Positions 56,075 to 56,298 of a stretch of 56,298 bases of DNA are shown piece after piece. The stretch is taken from positions 1 through 56,298 of the IMG/VR virus record IMGVR_UViG_3300002026_000071; one strand, written 5' to 3'. This DNA is from a virus. Its lineage: Duplodnaviria > Caudoviricetes. Under the pieces are notes generated by a model. It was not told the origin of the DNA and searched no databases. It saw nothing but the letters and a program-made list of their open reading frames with translations. The position numbers were made by a program, and so were the translations under genes. How positions within the stretch are numbered: position 1 is the first letter of the stretch; the number at the start of each line of letters is the position of its first letter.

Positions 56075-56298
56075 CTATACTTTCTTTAGTATACAGCTGC
56101 CATAGAAGTTCCCTAAACCACTTGCTACACATAGCACATCGCCCTGTACACTATCATCATCTAGAGCCATACATAATTCCAACAATGCGCTTACTCCTTG
56201 TGTATGACCTATCTCTGGCTTGTAGTACACTGTCTTTCTACCAAACACCATCTGCTCTTCAGCCTTATTATTATTGTCAGTACCTGTACCATGAGGCT
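56075..56298 (-). CDS. Partial beta-ketoacyl synthase (FabB/FabF, thiolase-fold) C-terminal domain
   Basis: Manual translation from 56296: PHGTGTDNNNKAEEQMVFGRKTVYYKPEIGHTQGVSALLELCMALDDDSVQGDVLCVASGLGNFYGSCILKKV*. Confidence 0.8.
   Translation of the reverse strand, partial: PHGTGTDNNNKAEEQMVFGRKTVYYKPEIGHTQGVSALLELCMALDDDSVQGDVLCVASGLGNFYGSCILKKV

Overview
Gene-dense segment of a lytic N4-like (Schitoviridae-type) podophage genome. The host is probably Campylobacterota, inferred from the ThyX type, AAGGA ribosome-binding sites and a TTAAG-N8-TGnTATAAT promoter motif. The + strand (1-35.8 kb) carries nucleotide-metabolism and replication genes: ThyX, dUTPase, a MoxR AAA+ / vWA-metallopeptidase pair, primase, rIIA, PD-(D/E)XK nuclease, AAA ATPase, SSB, SF1 helicase, a split family A DNA polymerase, HU, RusA-like, ClpP-like, PhoH and class II RNR. 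The - strand (35.8-56.3 kb) carries virion genes: a virion RNA polymerase locus in three ORFs, a lysozyme-domain ejection protein, structural proteins and a partial beta-ketoacyl synthase-like ORF that the ORF track missed. Three group I introns interrupt the AAA ATPase, DNA polymerase and ClpP-like genes; two encode HNH homing endonucleases. The most striking feature is 29 otherwise diverse genes, interspersed among the core genes, that all end in the C-terminal peptide [YHF]-P-E-x-x-[ILV]-stop. This looks like a portable, protein-level tag for an unidentified phage or host receptor. All family assignments come from motif recognition by eye, not database searches.
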